A stretch of DNA of 63,577 bases, filler included, from Deltaproteobacteria bacterium (GTDB lineage: Bacteria; Myxococcota; JACRCW01): assembly GCA_016218805.1 (NCBI GenBank). It is 4 parts of 4 records of this genome, joined end to end, with 100 filler letters (N's around TTAATTAATTAA, not from the genome) between each part and the next. Parts side by side here need not be neighbours in the genome. Positions count along the whole stretch, not along the records: positions 35,633 to 61,115 come from JACRCW010000067.1; 3 more parts are not named here. One strand, 5' to 3'. Positions 38,149 to 48,772 of this stretch are shown in pieces. The position numbers were made by a program, and so were the translations under genes. Within the stretch, counting starts at the first letter, position 1, and every line of letters starts with the position of its first letter. Below the pieces are notes generated by a model. The model was given only the letters and a program-made list of their open reading frames with translations, did no database searches and was not told where the DNA came from.

Positions 38149-39252
38149 ATGGCCGGTGACCCGCCCGCGTTCACGGACATCCGCCTGAGCGTGCCGCTGT
38201 TCAGCATGCTGACACCGGCGGAGCTGGCGGACGTTTCGGCCATCATTGAGGAGGAATCCCTCAAGCGCGGCGAAGTCCTGTTCACGGAGGCGTCCCGGCC
38301 TTCCGCGATGTGGATCCTGGGGCCGGGCACGGAGGTGCACGTCTCCACGCAGACGCCGGATTCGCTGCGGCCGTACGTGGTGGCGGTGCTGGGCGCGGGT
38401 GAGACCGTGGGCGAGATGGCGGTGCTGACGGGGCACCGCCATTCCAGCGTGGCGGTGGTCACCGAGGGCGGGACGGCGTGGAACGTGGACGCGGTGGGGC
38501 TGCGGCGGCTGGTGCGGCGGTCGCACCCGTCGGCGCTGAAGATCCTGTTGGGGGTCTGTCACAAGCTGTCCAGCCGGTTCCGCCAGACCTCCGCCCGCAT
38601 CGTGTCGTCGTCGCAGCAGGTGTTGCGCACGCCGCCGCTGCCGGCGGGTTCGCGTCCGGAGCTGGCGGACATTGACGCGTTTGGGCCGTTCCAGGCCCTC
38701 CCGCCGGCCACGCGCGAATTGCTGCGGGACGTCCTTTCCGTCGTGGAAGTGGAATCGCTGCGGCCGATCTTCGGCGAGGGTGAGCCGTGCGACGCGGCCT
38801 ACTTCCTGGTGCGCGGGTCGGTGACCATTGGACGCAACGGGCGGACCATGACGCAGCTGCGTCCGGGGCGCGGGTTTGGGCTGGTGTCACTGATGGACGG
38901 CGGCCGGCGTGAAACCAGCTGTATTGCGGACGGACCGGCGCGGCTGCTGCGGTTGTACAAGCAGGACTTTGACCCGTTGCTGGCCTCCGGGCACCCCTTT
39001 GCGGTGCAGCTGCTGGAAGTGCTGGTCAGCCAGATGGTGGCCCGGCTGCGCGCCACCAACCTGCTGGTCATCCCCACCACGGAGGCGCACGCCGCCGCGC
39101 CGCTGCCCGTGCTGGAGCCGCTGTTCAACGCGCGGGATGAACTGGAGTTGGATGAGCACGCATTCCAGGCAATCAGCGCGCCGCTGTCCGTGGGGCTGGA
39201 CGTGGACCTGGACGTGGAGTGGGCGGAACCGTACGTGGAGACGGTGCCGTAG
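38149..39252 (+). CDS. Tandem cyclic-nucleotide-binding domain protein
   Basis: Two cNMP domains (GETVGEMAVL...HSS; GRGFGLVSLMDGGRRETS); no HTH. Confidence 0.8.
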   Translation: MAGDPPAFTDIRLSVPLFSMLTPAELADVSAIIEEESLKRGEVLFTEASRPSAMWILGPGTEVHVSTQTPDSLRPYVVAVLGAGETVGEMAVLTGHRHSSVAVVTEGGTAWNVDAVGLRRLVRRSHPSALKILLGVCHKLSSRFRQTSARIVSSSQQVLRTPPLPAGSRPELADIDAFGPFQALPPATRELLRDVLSVVEVESLRPIFGEGEPCDAAYFLVRGSVTIGRNGRTMTQLRPGRGFGLVSLMDGGRRETSCIADGPARLLRLYKQDFDPLLASGHPFAVQLLEVLVSQMVARLRATNLLVIPTTEAHAAAPLPVLEPLFNARDELELDEHAFQAISAPLSVGLDVDLDVEWAEPYVETVP

Positions 39253-39257
39253 CGGGC

Positions 39258-40355
39258 TCACGCGCCCAACGCGTTGACCACGTCCACCACGTACGCGGCA
39301 TCGTCCTCGGTCATGTCCGGGCGCACCGGGATGGAGATGACCTCCTGGGCCAGGCGCTCGGTGATGGGCAGCGAATCCCGGAAACCCATCTCCAGGTAGA
39401 ACGGCTGCTGGTGGATGGGCCGCGGGTAGTAGATGCCCGCGCCCACACCTGCCGCGCCCAGCTTCTTCACCGCCTCGTCACGCTGGTGCGCCACGCGGAT
39501 GGTGTACTGGTGGAACACGTGGTGCGCCTTGGCGTGCTCCTGCGGGAGCACCACGCCCTTGAGGCGGGTGCTGTAGTACTTCGCGTGGCGGCGGCGCGCC
39601 TCGTTGCGCTCCTTGAGCTTGCGCAGCTGCGTGATGCCAATGGCCGCGTGCAGGTCCGTCATGCGCAGGTTGAAACCGATCATTTCGTGCTTGTAGCGCT
39701 CCTGCATGCCGTGGTTGCGGATCATCCTGGCGCGCTTGGCGACGGACGCATCCTGCAGCGTGATCATGCCGCCTTCACCCGACGTCATGTTCTTGGTGGG
39801 GTAGAACGAATAGCAGCCGCTCCCAAAGCTCCCCACCTGCTTGCCGCCCCACGCGGCGCCGTGTGCCTGGCACGCGTCCTCAATGATGACGAGATTGTGC
39901 TTCTTGGCGAGCGCACCCAGCGCGTCCATGTCACAGGGGTTGCCAAACAGGTGCACGGGCATGATGGCGCGGGTCTTGGGCGTGATGTGCGCCTCCACGC
40001 TGGCGGGGTCCAGGTTGAAGCTGTGCTCGTCAATGTCCGCAAACACCGGCTTGGCCCCGGTGAACACAATGCTGTTGCCGGAGGCAATGAACGAGAAACT
40101 CGAGGTAATCACCTCGTGCCCCGGGCCGATACCGTGGGCCAGCAGCGCCACGTGCAGCGCCGCGGTTCCGTTGGCCACCGCCACCGCGTGGGGGACTCCC
40201 ACCTCGGCGGCAAACGCCTTCTCAAACGCTTCCGTCACCGGGCCCTGCGCGATCATGCCGCTGTCCAGGACCTTGAGAACCGCCTGTTTCTCCTCGTCAC
40301 CGATGAGCGGCTTGGAGAGCGCCACCTGCCGTGCGGGCTTGTTTTCCTGTGCCAT
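39258..40355 (-). CDS. DegT/DnrJ/EryC1/StrS family PLP-dependent aminotransferase
   Basis: NGTAALH, IEDACQAHG, SFYPTKNMTSGEGG, GFNLRM. Confidence 0.95.
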   Translation of the reverse strand: MAQENKPARQVALSKPLIGDEEKQAVLKVLDSGMIAQGPVTEAFEKAFAAEVGVPHAVAVANGTAALHVALLAHGIGPGHEVITSSFSFIASGNSIVFTGAKPVFADIDEHSFNLDPASVEAHITPKTRAIMPVHLFGNPCDMDALGALAKKHNLVIIEDACQAHGAAWGGKQVGSFGSGCYSFYPTKNMTSGEGGMITLQDASVAKRARMIRNHGMQERYKHEMIGFNLRMTDLHAAIGITQLRKLKERNEARRRHAKYYSTRLKGVVLPQEHAKAHHVFHQYTIRVAHQRDEAVKKLGAAGVGAGIYYPRPIHQQPFYLEMGFRDSLPITERLAQEVISIPVRPDMTEDDAAYVVDVVNALGA

Positions 40356-40560
40356 GGTCCACCGTCCTCGTCGTAAGAAGGGGGCGGGAGCTAAGCGCGG
40401 CCACGCGCACGGGTCAAGGACGTGGCGCCGGGAAGCTGCGCGCCGGATGGCCTTGGGCGTCGGCGGTGCGCCGGCATCCGCGTGTTCCGGCACGTAAGAT
40501 CCCCGCAACGCGCCGCGCGCGCCATGCCGCCCCCGCCGTCCCGCGCTAGGCTGCGCGAAC

Positions 40561-42072
40561 ATGCCCAGCGACCAGCTCCTGCAACTTGTGTTCGCGACGG
40601 CGCATCAGGCCATTGCCATCCTGGATGACCAGTTGCGGTTTGTGCGGGTGAACCAGACCTATGCCGCGCAGGGTGCCCGCCCCGTGGAGTTCTTCCCCGG
40701 CAAGCGACATTTCGACCTGTATCCCCACGCCGAGAATGAGGCGATATTCCGGCGGGTGCTTGCGACGGGCGAGCCATTCACCGTGCGCGCCAAGCCCTTT
40801 GAGTACCCGGACCAGCCGGAGCGCGGGACCACGTGGTGGGATTGGACGCTGGATCCCATCCGGGGTCCGGACGGCCGGGTGACCGGACTGCTGCTGCAAC
40901 TGGCGGAGGTGACGCCGCATGTGGTGGCGCAGCAGCGTGCCGTGGAGGCGGAGGCCCGGGCGGCGCAGGCCGAGAAGCTGGAGGCGGTGGGCCTGTTGGC
41001 CGCCAGCGTGGCGCATGACGTCAACAACGCCCTCACCGCCATCCTGGCCTGCGCGGGCATGGTCCTGCAGGATGAGGAACTCCCGGAGCGGGTGGCGGAG
41101 GATGTGCACGCCATCCGGGACAGCGCCGTCCGGGCCGGGGCCACCACCGCCCGGATGCTGGCCTTCTCCCGCCGCCAGGTGCTGCAGCCGCGCGTGGTGA
41201 ACCTGGCCACGCTGGTGGCGGAGATGGCCGTGCTGCAGACGCGTTCCGCCGGCGAGCGCGTCCGCGTGGTGCAGCGGCTGGACCAGGACGCGCCGGCGGT
41301 ACGCGTAGACCCCGCGCAACTTGAGACCGCGTTGACCAACCTCATCACCAACGCCGTGGACGCCATGCGGGCCGGCGGGGGCACGCTGGAACTCATTGTG
41401 CAGCCACGGATCCTGACGGGTGAAGACACAGTGGCGCCGCCGGGCCGCTACAGCGTGTTGACGGTGAAGGACAACGGCATGGGCATGGACAAGGCAACGC
41501 AGAAGCGGGCGTTTGAGCCCTTCTTCACCACCAAGGGACCACGGGGAACCGGGCTGGGCCTTCCCTCCGTCTGGGGCTTTGTCAGCCAATCCGGTGCGTT
41601 CCTCTCCCTGGACAGCGCGCCCGGCGTGGGAACCTCCGTCTCCATCCTGTTCCCCGCGGTGGAGGGGCGCCCGGACAGCGTGGAGAAACCCGGAGCGCTG
41701 CCCAGGCGCGTGGGCCGGGTCCTGCTGGTGGATGACGACGAGGGCGTCCGCAAGGCCGCCCAACGGCTGTTGACCAGCGCTGGCCACACGGTGGCGGTTG
41801 CGGCGTCAGGCCAGGAGGCGTGGGAGGCGCTGGACCGGGATGGGTTTGACGTGCTGATCACGGACCTGCACATGCCCGGCATGCAGGGTGGGGACCTGGC
41901 CCGGCGCGCGCTGGCGCGCTTCCCGGCGCTGCGGGTGGTGTTCATCTCCGGCTACGCGGAAGGGGCCGGCCTCCCGGACCCGGAGATCCCGGCGGCGCTG
42001 GTGGCCAAGCCGTTTGATGTGACCACGCTCAGCAACGCGGTGGCCAACGTGCTGGCCACCGGGGCGGGTTGA
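40561..42072 (+). CDS. PAS hybrid sensor histidine kinase / receiver
   Basis: PAS domain, AHDVNNAL H-box, NAVDAM, DNGMGM, FEPFFTTK, GTGLGL, receiver LLVDDD. Confidence 0.93.
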   Translation: MPSDQLLQLVFATAHQAIAILDDQLRFVRVNQTYAAQGARPVEFFPGKRHFDLYPHAENEAIFRRVLATGEPFTVRAKPFEYPDQPERGTTWWDWTLDPIRGPDGRVTGLLLQLAEVTPHVVAQQRAVEAEARAAQAEKLEAVGLLAASVAHDVNNALTAILACAGMVLQDEELPERVAEDVHAIRDSAVRAGATTARMLAFSRRQVLQPRVVNLATLVAEMAVLQTRSAGERVRVVQRLDQDAPAVRVDPAQLETALTNLITNAVDAMRAGGGTLELIVQPRILTGEDTVAPPGRYSVLTVKDNGMGMDKATQKRAFEPFFTTKGPRGTGLGLPSVWGFVSQSGAFLSLDSAPGVGTSVSILFPAVEGRPDSVEKPGALPRRVGRVLLVDDDEGVRKAAQRLLTSAGHTVAVAASGQEAWEALDRDGFDVLITDLHMPGMQGGDLARRALARFPALRVVFISGYAEGAGLPDPEIPAALVAKPFDVTTLSNAVANVLATGAG

Positions 42073-42073
42073 T

Positions 42074-45000
42074 TCAGGCTCCGTCGTCGCCGTCCCAGGC
42101 GCGCAACGTGTCGGTGGCGTCACGGATGGCGCGGTAGGCCTGCTCGCGCCGCAGCGTCCACGCGGTCATGCCCCCCAGGAACACCAGCCCCAGTCCCACA
42201 AGGAGGACCACACCAATGGGCCGGTTTTCCGTCCCCAGCACAAACAGCCGCCCGCACACCAGCACCGTGGCAGCGGCAACCGCGGCGTACAGCGAGCGCC
42301 GGTCCCGCGCGCGGAACGCGTACACCACGCCGACGGAACACGACACGATGGCGACGGCGAAGGCGAGCATGGTGCCGTCATCCAGCGCGGACAGCGCACC
42401 GGTGACGTACACCGGGACCTGCGCGGCCACGGCCAGGTAGCGCCCCGCGGTGCCAAAGCGCCGCCGGTGCCGGCGCGCCAGGAACGTGCCCACCAGCGCG
42501 AACGGCATCAGAAACAGCGTGAGGTCCTTTACGTCCAGCACCAGCAGGCCCAGCGTGGTGCCGGCCAGCAGCGCGGCACCGGCGGCCAGTTCATACGCGG
42601 GATGGTGACGCGTGCGGGCCATGACGCCGTAGAGCGCGCCCGACCCCAGCAGCACCAGCGCACTGCCCCCGCGCGACGGAGCCAGCGTGGCCGCCATGAT
42701 GGGCAGCGTGGAGGCATACAGTTCCGCGGCGCGCGCCAGCGGTGCAGCGTCAGAAACCAGGCGCTTCCAACTCCGCAACAGCATGAACACCACGGCGGCG
42801 CCCAGGCTTGCCCAGGAGTCCACCGCGGGAATGCCGTCAAGCCACGACGTACGGCGGCGCAGGTCCACGTAGATGGCCAGCACGGCGCCGTGGGCCAGCG
42901 CGCCCACCAACGTCTGCCTGCCTGCCACCGCCATGCGCGAGCACAGCACCATGGCAAAACCCAGCCCGGTCCACGTGGCGACGAGCGTCACCACTGCAGG
43001 ACCGGGCTGCAGCAGGGTCCCGCCCACCACGGCCAGCAGCAGGCCCAGGCCCAACGCGTGCGCGCTGCGGCGCAGCACGCCCGCGGTACCGCCTACCCAG
43101 GCCGGGCGTTGGTGGCGGGCGGCGTGGAGGGCAACCCCCTGGACCGCCACGCACGCCGCCAGCCCACCGGCAAGGAAAGCCGGCAACGTCGCCACGGAGA
43201 GACGCGGCGCGCCCAGCATGGCCGCGGCGAGCGCATCCGCCACGGCGCCGGCCGCGACGACGAGTCCCGCGGTGGCGTAGACCGCGGTGACCGGACGCGG
43301 CAGTCCCACAAGCGTCACCATCCCGGCCACGCCTGCCAGCACCATGGCCAGGGTGTCGTCGGGCGAGACCTGACCGATGAACGGTGTCACCGCGGATGAC
43401 GCGAGCGCGGCCCCGGCCAGCGCGACTCGCATCCAGCGTGCGCCGGCGCCGTGCAGCGGAACACCCACCCGCACCACCAGGCGCCGCGCGGCCCGCACGC
43501 CGACCAGGTGCACGCCCAAGGCAAACCCCAGCGCCACCAGCGCCGTGATCCGCGCGCCCGTGGATGCGTCGCCACGGATGTACGTCGCGTCGATCCACCG
43601 CATCACCACGCACCAGGTGGCGGCGGCCGCGGGACCCAGTGCCCACGGCACGGCCGCCGCGCGCAGCGAAAGCAATGACCCCGCAACGACGAGAACCACC
43701 ACCGCGAGCGCGTCTTCACGGAAGGCGGGATCCGGCAGGGCCGCACCCAGCCCCAGCGCGAGGATCCCCGCCAGGCGCGCCACCTGCCGCGTCCGCGCAC
43801 CGGTCTCCCGCACACCCCGACGACCCAACCGGTCATTCAACCGGGTGAACGCACGCGACACGCAGGCTGCCCGGGCGAGCATCTCCGCCACGACGACGGT
43901 TGCGGCCGCCCCGGCCAGACCCCAGGCCAGCGCGCGCGGGACCAGCTCCCCCGCCAGACCAGCGAAGACCACGCCGGCGTGCGCGCCCGCGAGGCCACCG
44001 GCCATGGCCAGGCCAATCACCGCGAGAACCGCGGCGGGCACGACGGGAAACACCAGTGCCAACGCCGCCAGCACCGCCGAACCCGCCAGCGCGGTGGCCA
44101 GGAACACGGCCGGCGTCGGCGCGGTGACCCGCGTGGCGCCGATGCCGACGAGGGCGCACGCGGCCACGGCGAAGACCACGCGGAGGAACGCGCGGTTCAG
44201 CCGCGGGTAGCGGAGGGCCACCACGCCGAGCAGGCGGCGTCCCCACCGCCGGTCAACGAGCAGGACGGCCACCACCGCGCCCGCCGCAGCGCCGACCTGG
44301 CCCATACCGGTCGGCGGGGGCAGCCAGCCGGTGGCTCGCCATGCCAGCGCGGCGCCCGTCACCCCGGCGGCCGCGGACACCAGCGACACCAGCGCCGTGG
44401 ACAACACGCGGTGGCGGGTGGCCAACAGCAGGCTGGCTCCGACGACCGCGGCCGCCACCACAGCCAGGCCTGCGAGGTAGCGTTGCGCCATGGCGGACAT
44501 GGCCGCCGCGTACATCCACCCCCCCGCAGCAAGGAGCACCAGGCCCATGAACGGCAGCCCCACGACGGGGACCCACCGCACAACCGCCGGCGCCGGACGC
44601 GCCGCCATCCACCGCGCCGCAGGCCGGGGCCGGCGCGCGTGCGCATATGCACGCCGGGACGCCCGCGCGCACCACGCCAACCAGGCCGCCGTTCCAACGG
44701 CGAAGGCGAGCGCCGGGAGTTCGCGCTGGCCCAGGATGGCGGCGGAGGCAGCGCTCCCCAGCGCGAGCGCCACGCACGCGAGCGCGCCCGCCAGCAGCCA
44801 CTGCCATCCGGCCGCAAGAAACGCGGGGAGCAGGACGGCCGCCGTGGTGGTCAGCCCCAGCGCCACCAGCACCGCACCGCGCGACGAATCAGCCATGGAG
44901 GCCGCACTCAGGACGACGAGCGCCAGGCACGCGCCCGCGGGAACCAGCGCGGCCCAGACGAACAGCGGCAACGGGGTGGCCCTGCCGGTGCGACGCCGCC

Positions 45001-47500
45001 GGAAGCGCAGCGCGCGCGGGAGCCGGAGGCCGCGCGCGTAGCCTCCCCATGACGTGAACGCCCACGCGGCGCACGTGGCAAGACCGGCCAGCCCGCCCCA
45101 CGCCTGGGCGGGACCGTACGCCGGCGCCCACGCCGTGCCGGCCTCCACCGCCAGCACCGCGGACCCCATGGCCAGCAGCGCAAGCGTCACCCGGTCCCGG
45201 GATGCGGCAAACACGGCCGCCAGTGCCAGCACGCAGGCAGCCGACGCTGAGACGCGCGGCGCCTCGCCCGTCACCAGCCACACGGCGCGGGCAGCCAGCA
45301 GCAGGGCGGCGCCGGACACGGCCACACCGCGCAGCGCCACGCGCGCCGCGTCCGGTGCCCGCCAGGGGTCCAATGCCCGCACCAGCAGCGGCCGCCGCGC
45401 CCCCGCCAAGCGTGGAAGCCAACCCGCCAGCGCAAAGACCGCCGTCACCTGCGCCGCGCGCTCCAACACCGCCGCCGGCCCCTCCGCCGGGTCCCCGCGG
45501 CCGGACCACCCCAGGCCCAGCAGCACCGCACCCGCCACCGCCGCCACCACGGAACCGGACACCTCACCCAGCAGCAGGAGCACCGCACCCGCCACCCACG
45601 CCCCGGCGGGCGTACCCGCCGCCGGCAACCCCAGCACCAGCGCCTCCAGTCCCAGCAGCGCCAGCCACACCAGGGTTGCGCTGGACGTGGGGCGCAACGG
45701 CCACGGCGGGTGGACGCGCGCAGCCACCATCGTGGTCACCGCCAGCGCGGCGGCGGTCACGGCGGAGATGAGCAGCACCGCCTCACGCGGCAGGCCCCAC
45801 ACGGTCCCCAGCACGGGCCCCAACGCCACCACGGCGCCCACCCCGGCAAACGCGTACACCGGGCGGTCCACCATGAAGCGGTCGGTCAGGACCAGGCCCG
45901 CCAGGGCGGCCCACGCCAGCACGTCCGCGCGGCCGCCGCCCGTTGCCACTGCGAACACCACCGCGGCCAGGCTCCACGACGTGACCCGCAGCCAGGAGGA
46001 CGGGCCGCGCGCCGTGTCCACACCGCGGCGGACATGCCAGCTGATGGCGCCCAGGAACAGGTACGCCGCGGCCAGCGCCAGCGGCGTGGCCTCCGCGGCG
46101 GGCAGGTCCAGGCCACGGCCACCGCACAACGACCGCACCAGCACGCCCACCCAGGCGGAGCCGGCGGCCCACGCCAGCGGACGCAGCCGCGGCGCCAGCC
46201 ACCCGCGGTCCGCGGTCCACAACAGCGCGCACGCCAGTGCCACGGCGGCGGCGGCAAACACCATGGCGTGCGCATCACCCGCCCCGGCAATGATGGAGGC
46301 AAGGCTGCACCCCAGCGCGGCCAGCACCGTGCCCCACCGGACCAGCAGCAACAGCGGCGCGGGCAGTTCGCGCGCCACCAGCCGGGCGCCCACCGCGGCA
46401 AACCAACCCGTCAACCCGCACAGCACCAGCGCCGCCAGCCGGCCTGACGCCACCGCGTCCTCCGCAAAACCCGCGGCATTGAACAGCGCCACCAGTGACA
46501 GCCCGGCAACAGCGACGTCCTCCAGCCACCGCCGGCGCGCACCCGTGTCCCGCCGCGCCATCTGGCGGTCCACCAGCACCACCGCGCCGGCGGCCACCAG
46601 CACCGCCAGCGGTTCGTTTCCCGGCGCCAGCAGGACCAGCACGCTCCCCGCCAGCCACAGGCCAAGGCCATCACGCGTGGTGTCGGCATGTTGCTGCCGC
46701 TGGGCCAACCGCAGCGCCCCCGCCACCAGGGCCAGCACCAGCGCGTCAACGGGTAGGGCGGTGCCTATTGACTCGTGCCGCAGCCGCGCCAGCGGCAACA
46801 GCGCCACCGCGGCCACCAGCCGGCCCACCAGCGACAGGACCGCGCCCGCGCGGGATTCCGGGTAGCGCGCGGCCACAAACGCCCCACCGGCGAGGAACCC
46901 GCACGCATACACGGCCAGCCCCAGCGCCACCGCCGCCAGACGCGTGGCCGCGGCCCAACTCCCCCAGAAGACGTTGGTGCCCCACAGCGCGCCACCCACG
47001 GAGAACAGCACGCCCAGGAACCAGCCCGCCACCTCCATCCGCCGCGCCAGCAGGTCCTTGCGCAGGCGCGAAGGCGGCTCGGGCGCCGGTTGGCGCTCTG
47101 ATTTGGGAGTGCGCGCCGGCCATCGGCGCGGCCGCTCCACCGGCGGGAGCGGCGGCGGTGACCAGGGCTCCGGGGGCGGCACGGGGTCCGGGGGCGCGGC
47201 CTCCTTTGACACGGGCGGGTCCGAAGCCGCGGATGCGTCGGGGCGGACGTGCTGGACGGGGTGCGGCGCCGGGACGGGTGGTGATGGCAGCGGCGGCAGC
47301 GCGGTGGCGGCGCGCGGGGTCAGCCAGGCGTCCAGGCGAGGGTCACCCTCCTTCAGAAGCCCCTCTTCACGGAGCCACCGGACCAGCCACCGCTGCCGTG
47401 ATTCCTCAAACGGGCGCCCGGGCGGCGGCAGCCCGCACCGCATGCACCCCTGCGCATCAAAGGGACCACCACAACGACGACAGCTCTCGGTGTCCGCCAT
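42074..47500 (-). CDS. Very large polytopic membrane protein with N-terminal Zn-ribbon-like motif
   Basis: About 1808 aa uninterrupted; CRRC...CMRC N-terminus, Pro linker, dozens of hydrophobic helices. Confidence 0.7.
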   Translation of the reverse strand: MADTESCRRCGGPFDAQGCMRCGLPPPGRPFEESRQRWLVRWLREEGLLKEGDPRLDAWLTPRAATALPPLPSPPVPAPHPVQHVRPDASAASDPPVSKEAAPPDPVPPPEPWSPPPLPPVERPRRWPARTPKSERQPAPEPPSRLRKDLLARRMEVAGWFLGVLFSVGGALWGTNVFWGSWAAATRLAAVALGLAVYACGFLAGGAFVAARYPESRAGAVLSLVGRLVAAVALLPLARLRHESIGTALPVDALVLALVAGALRLAQRQQHADTTRDGLGLWLAGSVLVLLAPGNEPLAVLVAAGAVVLVDRQMARRDTGARRRWLEDVAVAGLSLVALFNAAGFAEDAVASGRLAALVLCGLTGWFAAVGARLVARELPAPLLLLVRWGTVLAALGCSLASIIAGAGDAHAMVFAAAAVALACALLWTADRGWLAPRLRPLAWAAGSAWVGVLVRSLCGGRGLDLPAAEATPLALAAAYLFLGAISWHVRRGVDTARGPSSWLRVTSWSLAAVVFAVATGGGRADVLAWAALAGLVLTDRFMVDRPVYAFAGVGAVVALGPVLGTVWGLPREAVLLISAVTAAALAVTTMVAARVHPPWPLRPTSSATLVWLALLGLEALVLGLPAAGTPAGAWVAGAVLLLLGEVSGSVVAAVAGAVLLGLGWSGRGDPAEGPAAVLERAAQVTAVFALAGWLPRLAGARRPLLVRALDPWRAPDAARVALRGVAVSGAALLLAARAVWLVTGEAPRVSASAACVLALAAVFAASRDRVTLALLAMGSAVLAVEAGTAWAPAYGPAQAWGGLAGLATCAAWAFTSWGGYARGLRLPRALRFRRRRTGRATPLPLFVWAALVPAGACLALVVLSAASMADSSRGAVLVALGLTTTAAVLLPAFLAAGWQWLLAGALACVALALGSAASAAILGQRELPALAFAVGTAAWLAWCARASRRAYAHARRPRPAARWMAARPAPAVVRWVPVVGLPFMGLVLLAAGGWMYAAAMSAMAQRYLAGLAVVAAAVVGASLLLATRHRVLSTALVSLVSAAAGVTGAALAWRATGWLPPPTGMGQVGAAAGAVVAVLLVDRRWGRRLLGVVALRYPRLNRAFLRVVFAVAACALVGIGATRVTAPTPAVFLATALAGSAVLAALALVFPVVPAAVLAVIGLAMAGGLAGAHAGVVFAGLAGELVPRALAWGLAGAAATVVVAEMLARAACVSRAFTRLNDRLGRRGVRETGARTRQVARLAGILALGLGAALPDPAFREDALAVVVLVVAGSLLSLRAAAVPWALGPAAAATWCVVMRWIDATYIRGDASTGARITALVALGFALGVHLVGVRAARRLVVRVGVPLHGAGARWMRVALAGAALASSAVTPFIGQVSPDDTLAMVLAGVAGMVTLVGLPRPVTAVYATAGLVVAAGAVADALAAAMLGAPRLSVATLPAFLAGGLAACVAVQGVALHAARHQRPAWVGGTAGVLRRSAHALGLGLLLAVVGGTLLQPGPAVVTLVATWTGLGFAMVLCSRMAVAGRQTLVGALAHGAVLAIYVDLRRRTSWLDGIPAVDSWASLGAAVVFMLLRSWKRLVSDAAPLARAAELYASTLPIMAATLAPSRGGSALVLLGSGALYGVMARTRHHPAYELAAGAALLAGTTLGLLVLDVKDLTLFLMPFALVGTFLARRHRRRFGTAGRYLAVAAQVPVYVTGALSALDDGTMLAFAVAIVSCSVGVVYAFRARDRRSLYAAVAAATVLVCGRLFVLGTENRPIGVVLLVGLGLVFLGGMTAWTLRREQAYRAIRDATDTLRAWDGDDGA

Positions 47501-47601
47501 CGCCGCCTCCGGGTGCGGGGACGCTACCACGCTGCGGGAAAGCGTCGGCTACGCGCGCGGCGGCTGTGCGGATGGCGGGTGAAACGTCGGTGAATCGCGG
47601 C

Positions 47602-48651
47602 TCAGGTCGCTTCCACGCTGGTGAGTTCCAGGCCCTTGCGGGACAGCGCGCGGGCCAGTTCGCCGCGGCTGGAGGTGACAAAGTCCACGGCGTCCTTGGG
47701 GCCGGACAACCCCAGCTTCACGCGCCGCTTGTCGTCCACGCGCAGGTCAATCACCAGGCCCGCCAGCACGCCCTCCTTCAGCTCCATCCGCATCATCGCG
47801 GAACCGTCCGGCGCGGCGCCCAGGTAGAAGTTGTCCAGCAGCTTCTCGCACAGCTTCTGGATCTCCGCCGCCTTGTTGGCCCGCTTGATCGCCTGCGCGG
47901 ACGGGCCCTTGAGGTCGTCCGTCTGGGTGACCTGCCCCGGCTGCTGCTGCTGCCCGCCCTGCTGCTGACCCTGGCCCTGGTTGCGGCGCTGCTGGTCGGC
48001 ATCAATGGCCTGGTTCTGCGCGTTGCCCTGCGCGGACTGGACGTTCTGCTGCGTCTGCGCCTGCGCGGCCTCCTGCTTGGACTCCACGCGCGCGGACTCC
48101 TTGTCCGTCTCCTTGACCTTGTCTTTGTCCTTCAGCTCCCGCGTGCGGTCCTTCTCGGACGTGCGGCCGGTGTTGAGCCCCTCGTCCCGGCCCTTGGCCA
48201 GCGTCTTGCCTGACTCCTGGCTGTGCTGGGCGGTGGCCTCCGCCTCGCGCTGCGCCGCGGCGGCCTGCTCGCCCAGGACGGAGGCACGCCGGTCCAGGCC
48301 CTTGGCCCCCTGCTGCGCGGCCTGCTGCCGGACGTGCGCCAGCACCCCGGACTGCTTCTTGTCCGTCTTCTTGGCGCCCTGTTTCTGCTGCTCGCCGCGC
48401 GCCTTCTCCGTCGCGGCCTGCTCGTCCGCGCCCTGCTGCTTGGTGACCGCTCCCTTGGCGTCCTGCTGCTGCGCCCGCATCCGCTGGTCCGCCGTCTGCT
48501 GCTTGACCGCGCCTTCCTTCTGGGACCGGTCCTGCTGCAGGCGCTTCTCAAACGCCGCCCGCGTCTGCTTCTTCTCGTCGTCGCTCTTCTCAATCTGCCG
48601 GCGTTCCTCGGCCTGCTGCACCGCCTGGTCCGCCCACCTGACTTCGCTCAT
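47602..48651 (-). CDS. Gln-rich protein with FliK/SctP-like C-terminal domain
   Basis: Long Q/K/A low-complexity region, then MRMELKEGVLAGLVIDLRV...ELARALSRKGLELTSVE. Confidence 0.6.
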   Translation of the reverse strand: MSEVRWADQAVQQAEERRQIEKSDDEKKQTRAAFEKRLQQDRSQKEGAVKQQTADQRMRAQQQDAKGAVTKQQGADEQAATEKARGEQQKQGAKKTDKKQSGVLAHVRQQAAQQGAKGLDRRASVLGEQAAAAQREAEATAQHSQESGKTLAKGRDEGLNTGRTSEKDRTRELKDKDKVKETDKESARVESKQEAAQAQTQQNVQSAQGNAQNQAIDADQQRRNQGQGQQQGGQQQQPGQVTQTDDLKGPSAQAIKRANKAAEIQKLCEKLLDNFYLGAAPDGSAMMRMELKEGVLAGLVIDLRVDDKRRVKLGLSGPKDAVDFVTSSRGELARALSRKGLELTSVEAT

Positions 48652-48772
48652 GCACGGAATGGTCGCGCAGGCCGGGCGGGTTGTCTACGCGGCGGGGCCA
48701 ACGCGTCGCGTTACGTCTCACCCGGGCGTGACGCCTTGAAGCGCCCCGGAGCGCAGCGTAATCACGCCGCCC

